The notes under the pieces were generated by a model that made no database searches, was not told where the DNA came from, and was given only the letters and a program-made list of their open reading frames with translations. A stretch of DNA of 64,000 bases from Chiloscyllium plagiosum (lineage: Eukaryota): positions 24,173,309 through 24,237,308 of the forward strand of contig NC_057718.1 in NCBI RefSeq assembly GCF_004010195.1. The letters run 5' to 3'. Shown piece after piece: positions 26,901-39,522 of the stretch. The position numbers and the translations under genes are program-made. Within the stretch, counting starts at the first letter, position 1. Every line of letters starts with the position of its first letter.

Positions 26901-28298
26901 GAAAATCTGTAATGGAAATAGAAACTCTTGAAAGCAATCAATGGGTCAGGCACCATCATGGAGAGAACATTTTGAGGTAGCCTCAGGTCAGTGAGCTTTG
27001 AATACTGATTTCACTGTTGTCGGTAAACACTGAAAATTGATTCAACAGACAGAGGAAAATGGTAAGGATAGCAAAATAAATTCCGTGATCGGGTTGGAGA
27101 TAACTGTAGGAAATCCATGACCAAGGCAGCTCAAGGTCGTTCTGTAATGCCAGAAGGAATATTCCTTCTCCCTCAGTGTTGGCAATTTTTTATTTTCTAA
27201 ACCTTTGGGTACCTCTGATCAGGAATTGGGTTTCAATTGCAACTCCAGAGGTGTGCAGGCATTACTTAGACCAGTGGTTAATATAGTCTCATTGAAATGC
27301 AACATTGCCCTTGAAATTAGATCCTCATTCCCCTGGTTTAAGAGGCATTCCTAAAATCAGGTCTTTAAGATAATTGAATGGAATGAAATGAAATGTGTGA
27401 TTATTACAGCAGAAAAGCATCAATGATGCAGTGCAAGCTCATGACCAGCGCAGTTCCTAGATTAAAATCAGCACTTTGAATTTAATATTTTAACTAATCT
27501 AGTAACCAGAGATCTAACACTGAATTGTTATTTTTAATCAGAAGGGAATTGAGGGTTATGGGGTGAAGGCAAGGGAGTAGAGTTGAGAATAAACCATGTT
27601 CTCATTGAATGGTGGAGTAGACTCGATGGGCTGAATGGTCTGCCTCTACTCCTATGATTTATGGTATGAATTGCAACGATGTAAGGTTTAATAGCCTACT
27701 TAGAAAAATAGGAGCATATAAAAAGGGTTCTAAGAATTCCAATGAAGGTCTGATGACAATGCAATTTATGATATGGTGTGTATGTATCAAAATGTCTTAA
27801 CGTTTTGTTTGTACAACTTATGTTTAAGAATTTTCTCAATGTATGAGGTAATGTAAATATACATCAGAACATTATCATAAACCCTAACTTTTGAAACATT
27901 TTGGGAGATATGTGGAATACTATGACTTCATTTTTTTTAAAAAAAAACCTCTTTACAAACACTGGTGACATTTTTAATTTGGAGTCTGATCTGCTAGAGG
28001 TTCCATGAGTCAGTTGTGAACTTAATGACCTGCTTACATTTACACTGTCTTAATCCGTGACACTGCAGTACTGGTGAAGTGTACTCCAGATGGCAGTAGT
28101 CATCTTCTCAAAGACCCACATGCAATGGGATTTCTCTTGCTCATTGGTCTCCTGTGCTGTATCCACACTCTGATTACTATTTGCAGGATGAACTTCAGTT
28201 GTAACTTCAGTCACTAACCGGTGCGGACACAGTGAGCAAAATGGTCTTTTTCTGTGCCATAAACCATCCGTGATTCAACCATCCAAACTAGCAGTGAT

Positions 28299-29222
28299 CA
28301 TTACAACACCTTCCACCCTACCAACTTTCGCATAAACCAAATCATCCGCCAACGCTTCCGCCACCTCCAAAAAGGCCCCACCACCAGGGATATATTTCCC
28401 TCCCCATCCCTTTCCGCCTTCCGCAAAGACCGTTCCCTCTATGACTACCTGGTCAGGTCCACGCCCCCCGACAACACCCTCCCATCCTGACGCCTTCTTC
28501 TGCCACTGCAGGAACTGCAAAACCTGCGCCCATACCTCCTCCCTCACCTCCATCCAAGGCCCTAAAGGAGCCTTCCACATCCATCAAAGTTTTACCTGCA
28601 CATCCACTAATATCATTTATTGTATCCGTTGCTCCCCATGCAGTCTCCTGTACATTGGGGAGACTGGATGCCTCCTAGTAGAGCACTTTAGGAAACATCT
28701 CCGGGACACGCGCACCAATCAACCACACCGCCCCGTGGCCCAACATTTCAACTCCCCCTCTCACTCAGCCGAGGGCATGGAGGTCCTGGGCCTCCTTCAC
28801 CGCTGCTCCCTCACCACCAGATGCCTGGAGGAAGAACACCTCATCTTCCGCCTCGGAACACTTCAACCCCAGGGCATCAATGTGGACTTCAACAGTTTCC
28901 TCATTTCCCCTCCCCCCACCTCATCCTAGTTCCAAACTTCCAGCTCAGCACTATCCCCATGACTGGTCCTACCTGCCTAACTTCTTTTCCATCTATCCAC
29001 TCCACTCTCCTCCTGACCTATCACCTTCATCCCCTCCCCCACTCACCTACTGTACTCTATGCTACTTTCTCCCCAACCCCACCCTCCTCTAGCTTATCTC
29101 TCCACGCTTCAGACTCTCTGCCTGTATTCCTGATGAAGGGCTTTTGCCCGAAACGTCGATTTTACTGCTCCTCTGATGCTTCCTGAACTGCTGTGCTCTT
29201 CCAGTACCACTAATCCAGAATC
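28299..29222 (+). mobile_element. Penelope-like element 3' part (GIY-YIG endonuclease and pLTR)
   Basis: ORF 28441-28929 CRNCKTC...FTCTSTNIIYCIRCSPCSLLYIGETG..VEHFRKHL..PVAQHFN..LGTLQPQGINVDF. Confidence 0.9.
29126..29161 (+). ncRNA. Minimal hammerhead ribozyme motif, intact core
   Basis: attc-CTGATGA(29130-29136)-a-GGGC-tttt-GCCC-GAAAC(29150-29154)-GTC-gatt. Confidence 0.8.
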
Positions 29223-32200
29223 CAGGAAGATAGAATAGCAACCACGCCTGATGTGGTTTGGGTTGACTGTCTACCTGTAGCTGCCTTTTGAGAAATAGCT
29301 GTAGTACACAAGCAAGAGTTAATATTTGAGTATTCGATGCATAAGCAAGTGTAACTCTGGTCAAATCAAATTTAATTAATCTAATCATTGTGGGTGCAGA
29401 AACAATAAAGGTACAGTGTTAGTCTGGGTAATCCTGGCTGCACATGGTTAGAAATAGTCAATTGCTGTAAGTCCTGGTGGACACCAGGATAGTACTGTTG
29501 CACTTGTACCCTATTTTGAGTCCCAGAACGTGACCAGCTTATTGATTTTATAGGTGAGACATTGCCTGCAGGATCAGATAGAGGGGTGGTACATGAACAG
29601 AGCTTACTGTCTCGGCAATCGTCTCGCATACCTGAGGCATGAGGCTTACACAGGCCACTAAAAAATGGATCAGACTGTAAAAATGCAGGAAATGATATCT
29701 GTTCAGACCAATTGTACCAGTAGAGTCCCTCTCTTAGAATCTGCAGAGTTTTATCAGATCCTGTAGTAATTCCAGAATCCTGTAATTTCATGTTGGTTAT
29801 GTATTGATAGTTTTAATATTAGTTGATCAATATTGTTTTTAGAAAGTGAGTGAACATCCATGATGGTTTTTTCAATTATCCTTTTCTGTCTTGTACTCTA
29901 AATAACAATTGATGTTTCATTTATTTAACAGAATTCTTTGTCTTGAAAATGGTGTAAGATGGTAAAATTTAATTGGCTTTGAAGAATATTGAATTAGATA
30001 TGCAGTAACTCTAATTTAATGATTATACACAGTGGAACAAATATGACCATATATATAGCTGTACTGTGTGTATATATTTATTTGATTACACTCTATGTGG
30101 AACAATCTGATACAGCTGCAAGTGCTAACTGAAGGTTAGTGAATCCTTTTGATTTCAGTACATCCTGGGTCTGAAGGAACAGTAAGTATGAATAGTGAGC
30201 ATTTGAGAATGTGTAGTTGAAGTTAGTACATTGCATACACTGCATGACAATGTTTACACTGGCACAAACTTCAGGCATTATTGGGTAGAGATGGGGCAAG
30301 TGATCATATTCTCTGCTGTAAACTTTGCAACTAACTTGGCACTGGTGACTGCAGCGGCATTTCTAATTGCATGAACTAACCTGGAAGAATTGGATCCATG
30401 CCTGATAATGTGGTTAAGTTCAACAATCAACCTGAAATGAGCAATTAATACCACTCCACATTGGTACACAATTGACTCTGGTATCTATTGCAGTCGAACA
30501 GTGAACATTTAACACCAAAAAACATTGAGGTGGGTGCATGGAAGTGAAACATAGTTGTATGGTGGTCCAACTGGTTAATTAACCTGACAGAATGTACTGA
30601 AAGTGGTAAGTGCAAAAGGTATTGGTTGGGAGGAGAAAGAGTAAGATAGAAATAAAAATATTGCAATTGGTCATTTTTTGTTTGCTATCTGATTGCTGTG
30701 TCAGCTGAGGTTTTAAAGTTTTGTTTAGTTAAATAATCACCTGGTTTGTGGTAGAAGTGTAAAATTGGCATTGTAGAATCTATATGTAAAACAGTTATTG
30801 AACTCAAAGGATGAGCAGATTGAAACTGGCCTGTGCTTAACTGATCTCAGCCAGGAAGATTGTGGGATTGGATGCAGTGCCCCAGGCTAGAGGAGGGGCA
30901 TGTCAGTCAGCCTCCAATGCCTGATGTCTTTCAATCTTTATTCATATTCCACCACCAGGAAGGAAATACCCAAGTGGCCAGTGACCAGCAGTGTCCTTCT
31001 CAACAAAGGGTAATGCTGACTGATCAAAAAAGTGAAAGGGAGGGCAGGGATTAAATCAAAATAGAGTCAGAGGGGGAAATAAAGCACTCCAGACCCAGTG
31101 ATACCGATCTCTCCCTGAAAATCTTGAGGATGTTTGTAGACACTGTGCTCCTTCTCCAGGCACACCTGGGCCCAAATGTAACTGGAGAAGAGGAGCGGGC
31201 AATCGGCCCGAACGACCCCGTCCATGGCCCACTGCCTGGACCTTCTAATGGCCTGGCCCAGGAGCAGACCAGCCTGATGTCTTTATAGTGAACTATGATT
31301 GGGTAACATTGAATATCAGACGAGGGAGCACTGAACATGATTAAACAATCTGAGCCGGGATAAGCTTATGCATGAAGCGTTGTCATCTCATTCCTCATGA
31401 AGGGTTTATGCCAGAAACATCGACTCTCCTGCTATTCTGATGCTGCATCTGCAGTCCCCACTTTCTCCATCTTGGCAGGGTGGTACAGTGCATGCAACCA
31501 TCACCAACAGGAGGTGACATGTTTCAGAGAATGCAGGATGGGGAGAGGAAATTTGGTTTTTGGCAAATATTCCATTGGGAAAATGCTGTGTACTGGGGAA
31601 TTATTGTATAAAGTCGGGTAAAAGAGTTTCTATGACCACTTTAAGTTTAAAAAGTTGGGTTTGATTTTTTCACAAGTACCAGTTTTGGAGAGATTGAAGT
31701 CCACCTTCTCCAATCACCTTGTTATCACAGCAGTTGCATTGGAGACAGTTCCTGCTGCCCACATACTCAAAAGTAGCTGCAACTATTTATTATTACTTTT
31801 TTAAATGCAATCAAATAACCTCAATGGAAATAAACAATCATTCTGCCAAAATTCATGAAATTTTATCAAAACATCAGCCATAAAAGTTATGTATTAAAAA
31901 TGTCCAATTGGTCTTTTCCCCAGTGCAGAAAATAACACAATTTAGCAACAGAGCATGCTCAATATATTAACGTCATTAAAAAAACACCTTCCTCCTTGAA
32001 TTCAGTACCAAATAATACATCCCAATTTCATTCTTGAATGACATCATATGCATCAGTAAACAATTCATCATTAGCCATCCACAAACAATCACTCTCAGTC
32101 CTATCAAGTCCATTGGATAGGCTACATTGTTCAAACTTCATAGCCAGCCTCTCTAATCTACTCTCTGCATTAAGAACCACCATGCTGTTTCTCATGATGA

Positions 32201-34360
32201 ATGTCTTTTCTTCTTTGCTCATTAGGTACATATTTTGAAGAACTTTAGAGCGAAATTTAGTGATTGAACAAGGCTGGTTAGATCACAGGTATTACTAAAA
32301 TGTCACTGACTTGCAATCTAGCATCAACATTGAAGTGTAATATGAACGTGTCCCAGCTGAGATTTTTTTTTTTCCCTGTTATCCTCCTGATCAAAATTCC
32401 AAACTTACCTTGGACATAAATGTTAAGCCACCTTTTTCCATCCTTTCCTTCGGGGAATTGCTGTTTTGGGAGTGCTTTACTCTTGAATATCGCTTTTGGC
32501 TTAAGCTGTGTTATAATCAATGTACAGAATAGCACAATGTTGTAGCTACTCTTCCCTTGGCCAAGTGTCTCTGCAGAGACACACTCTTCTCTCCATCTAT
32601 GCACTCCGCCTTTGGCTGGCACATCAAAATTTTCAGTTATCTCATTCATGTTCCCAATGTATGCCATTCTGTGTCTATTCTTTTGTGATGTTCAATTGCA
32701 AACTGCTGATATGCAGTAAACTTGTCAAGAAGTTCTGCAGTGAGACGCTATCAAATCTTGGTCCTCTGTTGAAGTACAAAATTCTTCTTAACCATGGTAC
32801 AGCATTAAGGGTTGACTTTGAAATCTACAAAGCAAATTTTTTTGTTTTTTTTTCAGGGTAACATTCCGATAAATCCACAAGGCAACAGCAAGGCAGTTTT
32901 GGAGATTTTCATTGGCATGTTTTGTCTTTCTGCTGCGGTTAACTGTTAGACTTTCCTCTGTGTACATTTATTCTTGGGTATCTGCAGAAGTAGTTAATGG
33001 CATTTCCTCCAACTTTTAATGTATTTCTCCAGTACCTTTTTAAATTCTCTTTTTCTTGTCCTGCATCTCAACAACCTGGGCTCTGTATCACAGTTCCTCC
33101 TTGGTAAAATGCTGCTCGATGACAGGCAAGCAGCAAACGCTATTGAGGTGATAACCTTGACTCCTATGTTCAGACACAAGAAGCTAAATGGCTACCTTCA
33201 GTGCTGTATTTTTTAATTCTATCAGCAGGTTTGCACCTGTGAGAGTTTGACATCAACGGCAAGAGATTATTAAGTACAAAACGTTTGGTTAGAGGAGTAT
33301 CAATTTATACAAAAGGTATATGAAAAAGGAATAATTTAGCCAAAGTTAGGGGTTGTTTTTAACATGAAATCAACCATTACTTGAGTGTGTATGTTAATAC
33401 ACAGTACCCTGATCAGTGTTCTGAATTCTCAGGACTTTTCATGACTCTGAAAGCTCATCGCACCAATTATTTCAGTTCCTCATTTATCTAGTAAATAGTA
33501 ACTCTCATGTCAAAAGCCTGATTCGAATTCAGGTCCAAGGGAAATGGGTAGGAACAGAGCATTAAGCATGACAGGACAAATGCTGCATTAGTTACGAGTA
33601 AACAAAACATTTTCCTGCAAAGTATTATGTATTCATGTCATGAGTAGATATTGTCTGTTAACTGTGTAACATGTACAGATGCATTGTGTATATGTTGCAG
33701 TTAACTAATAACTGTTAAGGTATGCATTGCTGTGAGGTTGCTGTCAAGAAGCAAATTGAATTAATTGACAGCCTGCTTACCAGTTTCCACAAGACACAAG
33801 CTACAATCGGATTAATAATGAGAAGTTCCATGAGAAAAAAGGACCTCCCATTGTGTCTTATATAGAAATTTGTGGGAATGACTAAGAAATATTTTAGAAT
33901 CTCCACTAAAACTGTCAGATTTATATGCGGAGGATTTGACCCTTGTCACGGTCTAGAAGTTAACCGGCTAATTCAGTTCTGGATTAGTCATCTCAGCGTT
34001 GACACGTAGCAGAGATGAGGAATATGCTCTCTCTGTTATGGTGTTGCATTTATAATTCTCTGTCAGGCCTGGGAAGCTTTGTCTAAACCATCCCTCTGAT
34101 CTTGAGCTTTGGCTGTGATAATGGACCCTGTGTGTGAGTGTAAGCGGTGGAATTCTGTGGCTGTTAACACCTGGCTCCACCAGTATGCTAGTTTGTAATT
34201 CTTGCCAGAGCACAATTCCAAGCATTTGCACAGCCAAAGCTCATAAGTGAATCTGACCAGCAGGTCACCTCTGCAGTCATTGAGCACTTTTGTGCTTTAT
34301 TAACCTTTCACAACTGACTTGTCATCGTTTTGACAACTATTTCTTTTGTCCCTTTGACAG

Positions 34361-34422
34361 CTGTTCTGAACTTGGACAATTCTGTGGTTGACCTGGAGAC
34401 CCTTGAAGCCTTGTATGAGAAT
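34361..34422 (+). CDS. FMN2: Formin-2 FH2-domain coding exon, 62 bp: (A)[20 protein letters not shown]
   Basis: Polypyrimidine tract and acceptor ttcttttgtccctttgacag; donor gtgagt; peptide matches recalled FMN2 [21 protein letters not shown]. Confidence 0.92.
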
Positions 34423-35272
34423 GTGAGTATTGGAACTAAAGGCACAAAAAAAAACAACAGCGGTACAAAATTTCGAAACTAAGCAGTCAGGAGCAGAGCA
34501 GTTAACCCCGACACTGAAAGCCATATGTTAGCTTAAGTAGTAATTCACTGATGTTGCATATTTGGGTTTGTAGCAGGGCTACTGTTTCATTCCAAAACAA
34601 TCCTCAATTTAACGTAATCTGATTCTCTGCCTATTCTTCATGCTATGGCAGTAGGAAATTCAAAGCAATAATATTTTTGCCATTTTATACCTTGGCATTT
34701 ATTCTCCGTCTGGTGGCAAAATCCCAACTGCAAGACTTTCATCGAGTCCAGTTATGTAAGGTTAACACAAGAGTTTGTATCAAATAAGTCACAGTTAAAA
34801 TGTGTATACTCAGCTTTATGGAATGTAAGAAGGTTAATGTTTGTAGTCTGTGGAAATAAGCAAAAGGTTTAGATTTGACTCGCTTCATTTAAGGGGCAGT
34901 TTGAGCATTTATTGAGTCTTGACCTATTTTTATACAGATTTTTCTAATTTAATTCATTGCAGCACTTGCAAACAAATTTGGAGTATTTGATTCCTAACCT
35001 CCAAAAATTGTGAGTGGTGCAAAATGGTGCATGAACATCAAAGACATTTCTTTTTGGTGGCAACTTTTACAGTTGAACATTAGTGTTCTGTTGTAAATGT
35101 CACATGTTGCTTTCCAATAAAGCTTCTGTATGTGCACAGCTTTTAAAAAGTGTAAGCTGTCTTGAGGCTTGTTAGAAACAAGAAAATAGTCAATAATACT
35201 GAGACGTTTTTACCTCTTCTCTCGCCAAAATAAACCATATTCAACTGTTAGGTTGCAAAGTGTTTTCTACAA

Positions 35273-35496
35273 AGTTAAAAATCACATGACACCAGGTTAT
35301 AGTCTGACAGGTTTACTTGGGAGCACTAGTTTTTGGAGCGCTGCTCCTTCATCAGGTGGTTATACTCTACAACCAGCTGATGAAGGAGCAGCGCTCCAAA
35401 AGCTAGTGCTTCCAAATAAACCTGTTCGACTATAACCTGGTGTTGTATGATTTTTAACTTTGTACACCCCAATCCAACACTGACACCTCCAAATCA
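35273..35496. mobile_element. Fold-back PLE mini-insertion (second family) with paired decayed HHRs
   Basis: Arms 35268-35360 and 35371-35464, tail 35465-35496; 12-bp TSD tgttttctacaa (35261-35272, 35497-35508); CTGATGA-aGGAGCagcGCTCC-aaaagcta on the + arm and a similar motif on the - arm. Confidence 0.8.
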
Positions 35497-36390
35497 TGTT
35501 TTCTACAAGGGCTTTTATCCATCACATGTTTAGACACTGGTCACTCTCTCAAACCTTCAAAGCTGTTGCAGGTTTTCTTTTTGAGTTTTTCAACTCATAA
35601 ATGTAGCTTCTCACTGAAATAATGGAAAGCAAAATTAATACTCTGCCCCATTTGCAGGACATGTATACTACTGTATGGAGTCAAAGTTATTTGACCTTTG
35701 GAAGCATGTTTAAAAACTATTGGTTGTGATGCACAGCACTTTATTAATAGAGTGGGGCAGCTTTCCTGGAAGAGCTCAAACCCCTTGAATTGTGAAGGGA
35801 CACTGCAGAGAAAGCACCATCTGGTTGTACTGATATTAGTCAACATTACTCGAAATTAAATGTAAATTTGTATGTCTAGCGTCAGATAGACCGTGAACAC
35901 GAAACAAAAGAGCACAGTCCAAGCTGGTGAAAAGCAGTATACATGTCACTAAGTCCTTCATGAAGAGGTAGTTAACACTTAAGTACTTAAGGTGAAAGTG
36001 ATAGAAAAGCAAACTTTAATGCATTTTAAGAGCCATTTGAATGGGGGTTTTATATTTTTACACATAACTGAACTAAACTAGGCCAAACAACCTTCCTAAT
36101 CTATTTTAAAGGTTCAATTGCCTGTATTGCTCAGAAACATTATATGCAGAGGTCTCCCAGGATCTGGAACTGTGTCTAAACATGCACTTGGGCACAAGTG
36201 AAATCAAGTTAGATATCTTGACAATAATAGTCATGAAGACAGGTTCCAGTCTTGAAGCCACCATTAAAGGGGCAGGCGCAGCTATAGGTGAGTTATAATT
36301 TCTATTTTAGAAATGAAGCAATATTTTAATTGTACTTGTATGATGAATAATAAGTCGTTTTAAGTGTACAAGTAAATTTTATAGCAGTAG

Positions 36391-36708
36391 TTAGATTAGA
36401 TTAGATTCCCTACAGTGTGGAAACAGGCCCTTCGGCCCAACCAGTCCAACTGACCCTCCGAAGAGTAACCCACCCAGACCCATTTCCCTTCTGACTAATA
36501 CACCTAACATTATGGGCAACTTAGCATAGCCAATTCACCTGACCGGCACATCTTTGGATTGTGGGAGGAAACTGGAGCACTCAGAGGAAATCCACGCAGA
36601 CACGGGGAGAATGTGCAAACTCCACACAGTCGCCCGAGGCTGGAATGGAACCTGGTACCCTGCTGCTGTGAGGCAGGAGCGCAAACCACTGAGCCACCGT
36701 GCCACCCC
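36391..36708 (-). mobile_element. HE1/V-SINE-like SINE
   Basis: Reverse head aaccactgagccaccgtgccaccc, core tccacgcagacacggggagaatgtgcaaactccacac, (TTAGA)n tail. Confidence 0.9.
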
Positions 36709-37740
36709 TCAGTGTTTAAACAGCTTCTGTCCCTTATAAATAAGATTGTGCTACTTTGACAACTGACATGGCATCCACAGTCTGTCTGGTAAACAGGCAC
36801 CATTGTGTTGCCAATCTGAGTTATAAGGAGAAAACTGAATGTTTAATAACTTTTCTTGAAAAGGAAAAGAAGAGTGGGTGTGAGGAATGATGGTGTAAGA
36901 TTAAGAGAATTGTGTTGTATAATTCGATGTTCCATGAAGGAGAAAGGTTGTTGTAATGACATGGGGGGTTGGTGTAATGGAAGAGAGGAAGGTTTCTCAC
37001 TTTGTGGCACAGACCTTGCAATAGGTGACTTCAGGGCAAGTGTTTTACTTTCTCCCTTGCATGGTATTCTGTAGCTCAGAGGGTAAGAAAGATGTCTGAT
37101 GTTTTCTTTCGATTTTATCCTTGTCAGGTGCAAATAACATCACTGAATCTCTGGACCATCAGCATGTTGTACTTCCCTGTAGTAATCCTGTATTCTATGT
37201 GAAAAGGTTCTGAGACACAAAGACAGATACAGAGTTTAAACTTAGAAAATTTTGTGACTCAGTCTATGATATTTTATCATGAATCCCAGTCATGGTTGCA
37301 GTGTTGATGTGTGGTGTTTCATGTTGTCATCACTTTTGTGCAAAAAACCCTGCTTTTTTAAGAAAAACCTATAGCTAAAATAGAAAGTAGTAATGATTTA
37401 ATGGGCTTAACATACAGTTGACCAACTAACAATATTGAAGAAGCAGCCATAATTTCAAAATATATGTAAGGATTTACTGGTAACCCTCTTTTGCATCTGT
37501 GCATCTCCTCTGCTCACCGTTAGTGCTCTCTTTGTTATTTTACCCTGGGAATCCTCATAATTTGTTCCACTTGCTCCCCCTCCCCTCCCCCCAAATCATT
37601 TTCCAGCCCCTTTAGTTCTAAACAAGCTATATCAAACTCAAAATATCAATTTTTTCTCTCACTATAGATGCTGCCAGTCCTTGTGAGTTTTTCCAGCACT
37701 TTGTTTTTCTATAGCATATGCTAGATATTGGCAGTACCTT

Positions 37741-38500
37741 AGAGTCAGAGAGATGTACAGCATGAAAATAAATTCTTCGGTTGAACTCATTCATGCCGAC
37801 CAGATATCTTAACCTAATCTAGTACCATTTGCCAGCACTTGGCCCATATCCCTCTGAACTGTTCCTATTCATATAGTCATCTAGATGTCTTTTAAATGCT
37901 GCAATTGTGTTACCACCCCCCCACCACTTTCTTTGGCAGCTCATTCCATACACGTGAAGGGGATTGGTGTACCGGCAGGTTTTGCATCTTTTCCAGTTGC
38001 AGGGGAAGGTGGTTCAGGGGGTTGGTGGGGAGAATGGTGCAAACTGAGGACTGTCAAAGGGAAAAGTCCTTGCGGAAGGCAGAGAGAAGTGGGGAGGGGA
38101 AGATGTTGTGGGGTCTCGGTGGAGTTAGAGGAGGGTTCAATTCCTGCCTCAGGCAACTGTCTGTGTGGAATTTGCACATTCTCCCCGTGTCTGCGTGGGT
38201 TTCCTCCGGGTGCTCCGGTTTCCTCCCACTGTTCAAAAATGTGCAGGTTAGGTGAATTGGCCATGCTAAATTGCCCATAATGTTAGGTGAAGGGGTAAAT
38301 GTAGAGGAATGAGTCTGAGTGGGTTGCTCTTCGGAGGGTCGGCGTGGACTTGTTGGGCTGAAGGGCCTGTTTCCACACTAAGTAATCTAATCTAATCTAA
38401 TCTAAAGTATTCAAGGATGATGCATTGGATGCAGAGACTAGTGAGGTGGTAGGTGAGGACAAGGGCGACTCTGTTTATTGTGTTTTGCGGGATGGGTGGG
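37741..38500. mobile_element. Nested cluster: CR1 3' end (-), PLE fragment (-), 5'-truncated HE1-like SINE (+, about 38130-38405)
   Basis: CR1 tail at 37741-37950; G-rich reverse PLE sequence similar to 28380-28520; SINE core and (TAATC)n tail. Confidence 0.7.
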
Positions 38501-39295
38501 GTTAGAATTTTAAATAAGGCAGGAGATGCTCACACGCACACATACACATCTTAATCGCGGTCATCCCCCAATCCATGTCACCCAACACACATCATTAGTG
38601 ATTACCATGCTATAATTTGCTGTGAACATACTGGTGACTATGCTGCCTGCATTGCAGCAGTGACAACCCTCCAAGATCTGCTTCTGCTTCAGCTGTGTTC
38701 ATATGACAGACTGACACTTGTATTCTGTATCTCTTTCAAAAACCATATATATGATTAACAATATGATAATGACCAGATAATTTGTTTATTTTTCTGTGTG
38801 TATCGAAGGGTGGATACTATTTGAGACCCCAGGGTTAAACTTCTGCTGTTTGGAAGTGCAGTGGGATCTTTCTTATTCAACTGAACAGGCAGATTCCTTT
38901 AGCATCTCATCTGAAAGAACACTTTTTCTATCAGAGCAGTGCTTTCTCAGTACTGCACATCAGCGTGTCAGTCTTGGTTCTGAAGTGCTCAGGCCCCTGG
39001 GGTGGGACTTGATGGTTCAGTGGTATAAGTGCAATCAACTGAGCAACAGCTGACTCCTTCATTGACTGTGAAGTGTTTTAATGGTTGGTTGTGGAAAATG
39101 CTGTATGAAAGCAAGTCTGTCTTTTTTTGTGGTTGCGCTGCAGGTTTCAATGGCTGTTTTGGTTGACCAAGTTAAATCTGTTTTTACTCGCCACCGCCTG
39201 AATTACAGTATGCCAACAGAGGATTCTATCTGGGAGAGATGGATTGTTGTATTCTCAAGAGTGAAATTGTCGTTGTAAACCTTAAAGGCTATAAG

Positions 39296-39522
39296 GAGAA
39301 AGTGAGGTCTGCAGATGCTGGAGATCAGAGCTGAAAATGTGTTGCTGGAGAAGCGCAGCAGGTCAGGCAGCATCCAGGGAACAGGAGAATCGACGTTTCG
39401 GGCATAAGCCCTTCAGGAATGAGGAAAGTTTTCTCATTCCTGAAGAAGGGCTTATGCCCGAAACGTCGATTCTCCTGTTCCCTGGATGCTGCCTGACCTG
39501 CTGCGCTTCTCCAGCAACACAA
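39296..39522. mobile_element. Fold-back PLE pLTR mini-insertion, young
   Basis: Near-perfect arms 39338-39423 and 39433-39521, tail 39296-39337; 14-bp TSD ttaaaggctataag (39282-39295, 39523-39536). Confidence 0.9.
39436..39471 (+). ncRNA. Minimal hammerhead ribozyme motif, intact core
   Basis: attc-CTGAAGA(39440-39446)-a-GGGC-ttat-GCCC-GAAAC-GTC(39465-39467)-gatt. The mirror copy on the - strand has a 3-nt deletion in the core. Confidence 0.8.

Noticed and set aside
30825..30900. ttaactgatctcagccagg resembling an LF-SINE fragment
   Set aside because: The match is too short and degenerate to support without a profile search.
746..34360. Search for the preceding FMN2 exon (KLL..KRSQAVGILMSSLHL-like)
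   Set aside because: Not found by eye or in the ORF track. It is probably upstream of the window, though a short exon could have been missed.
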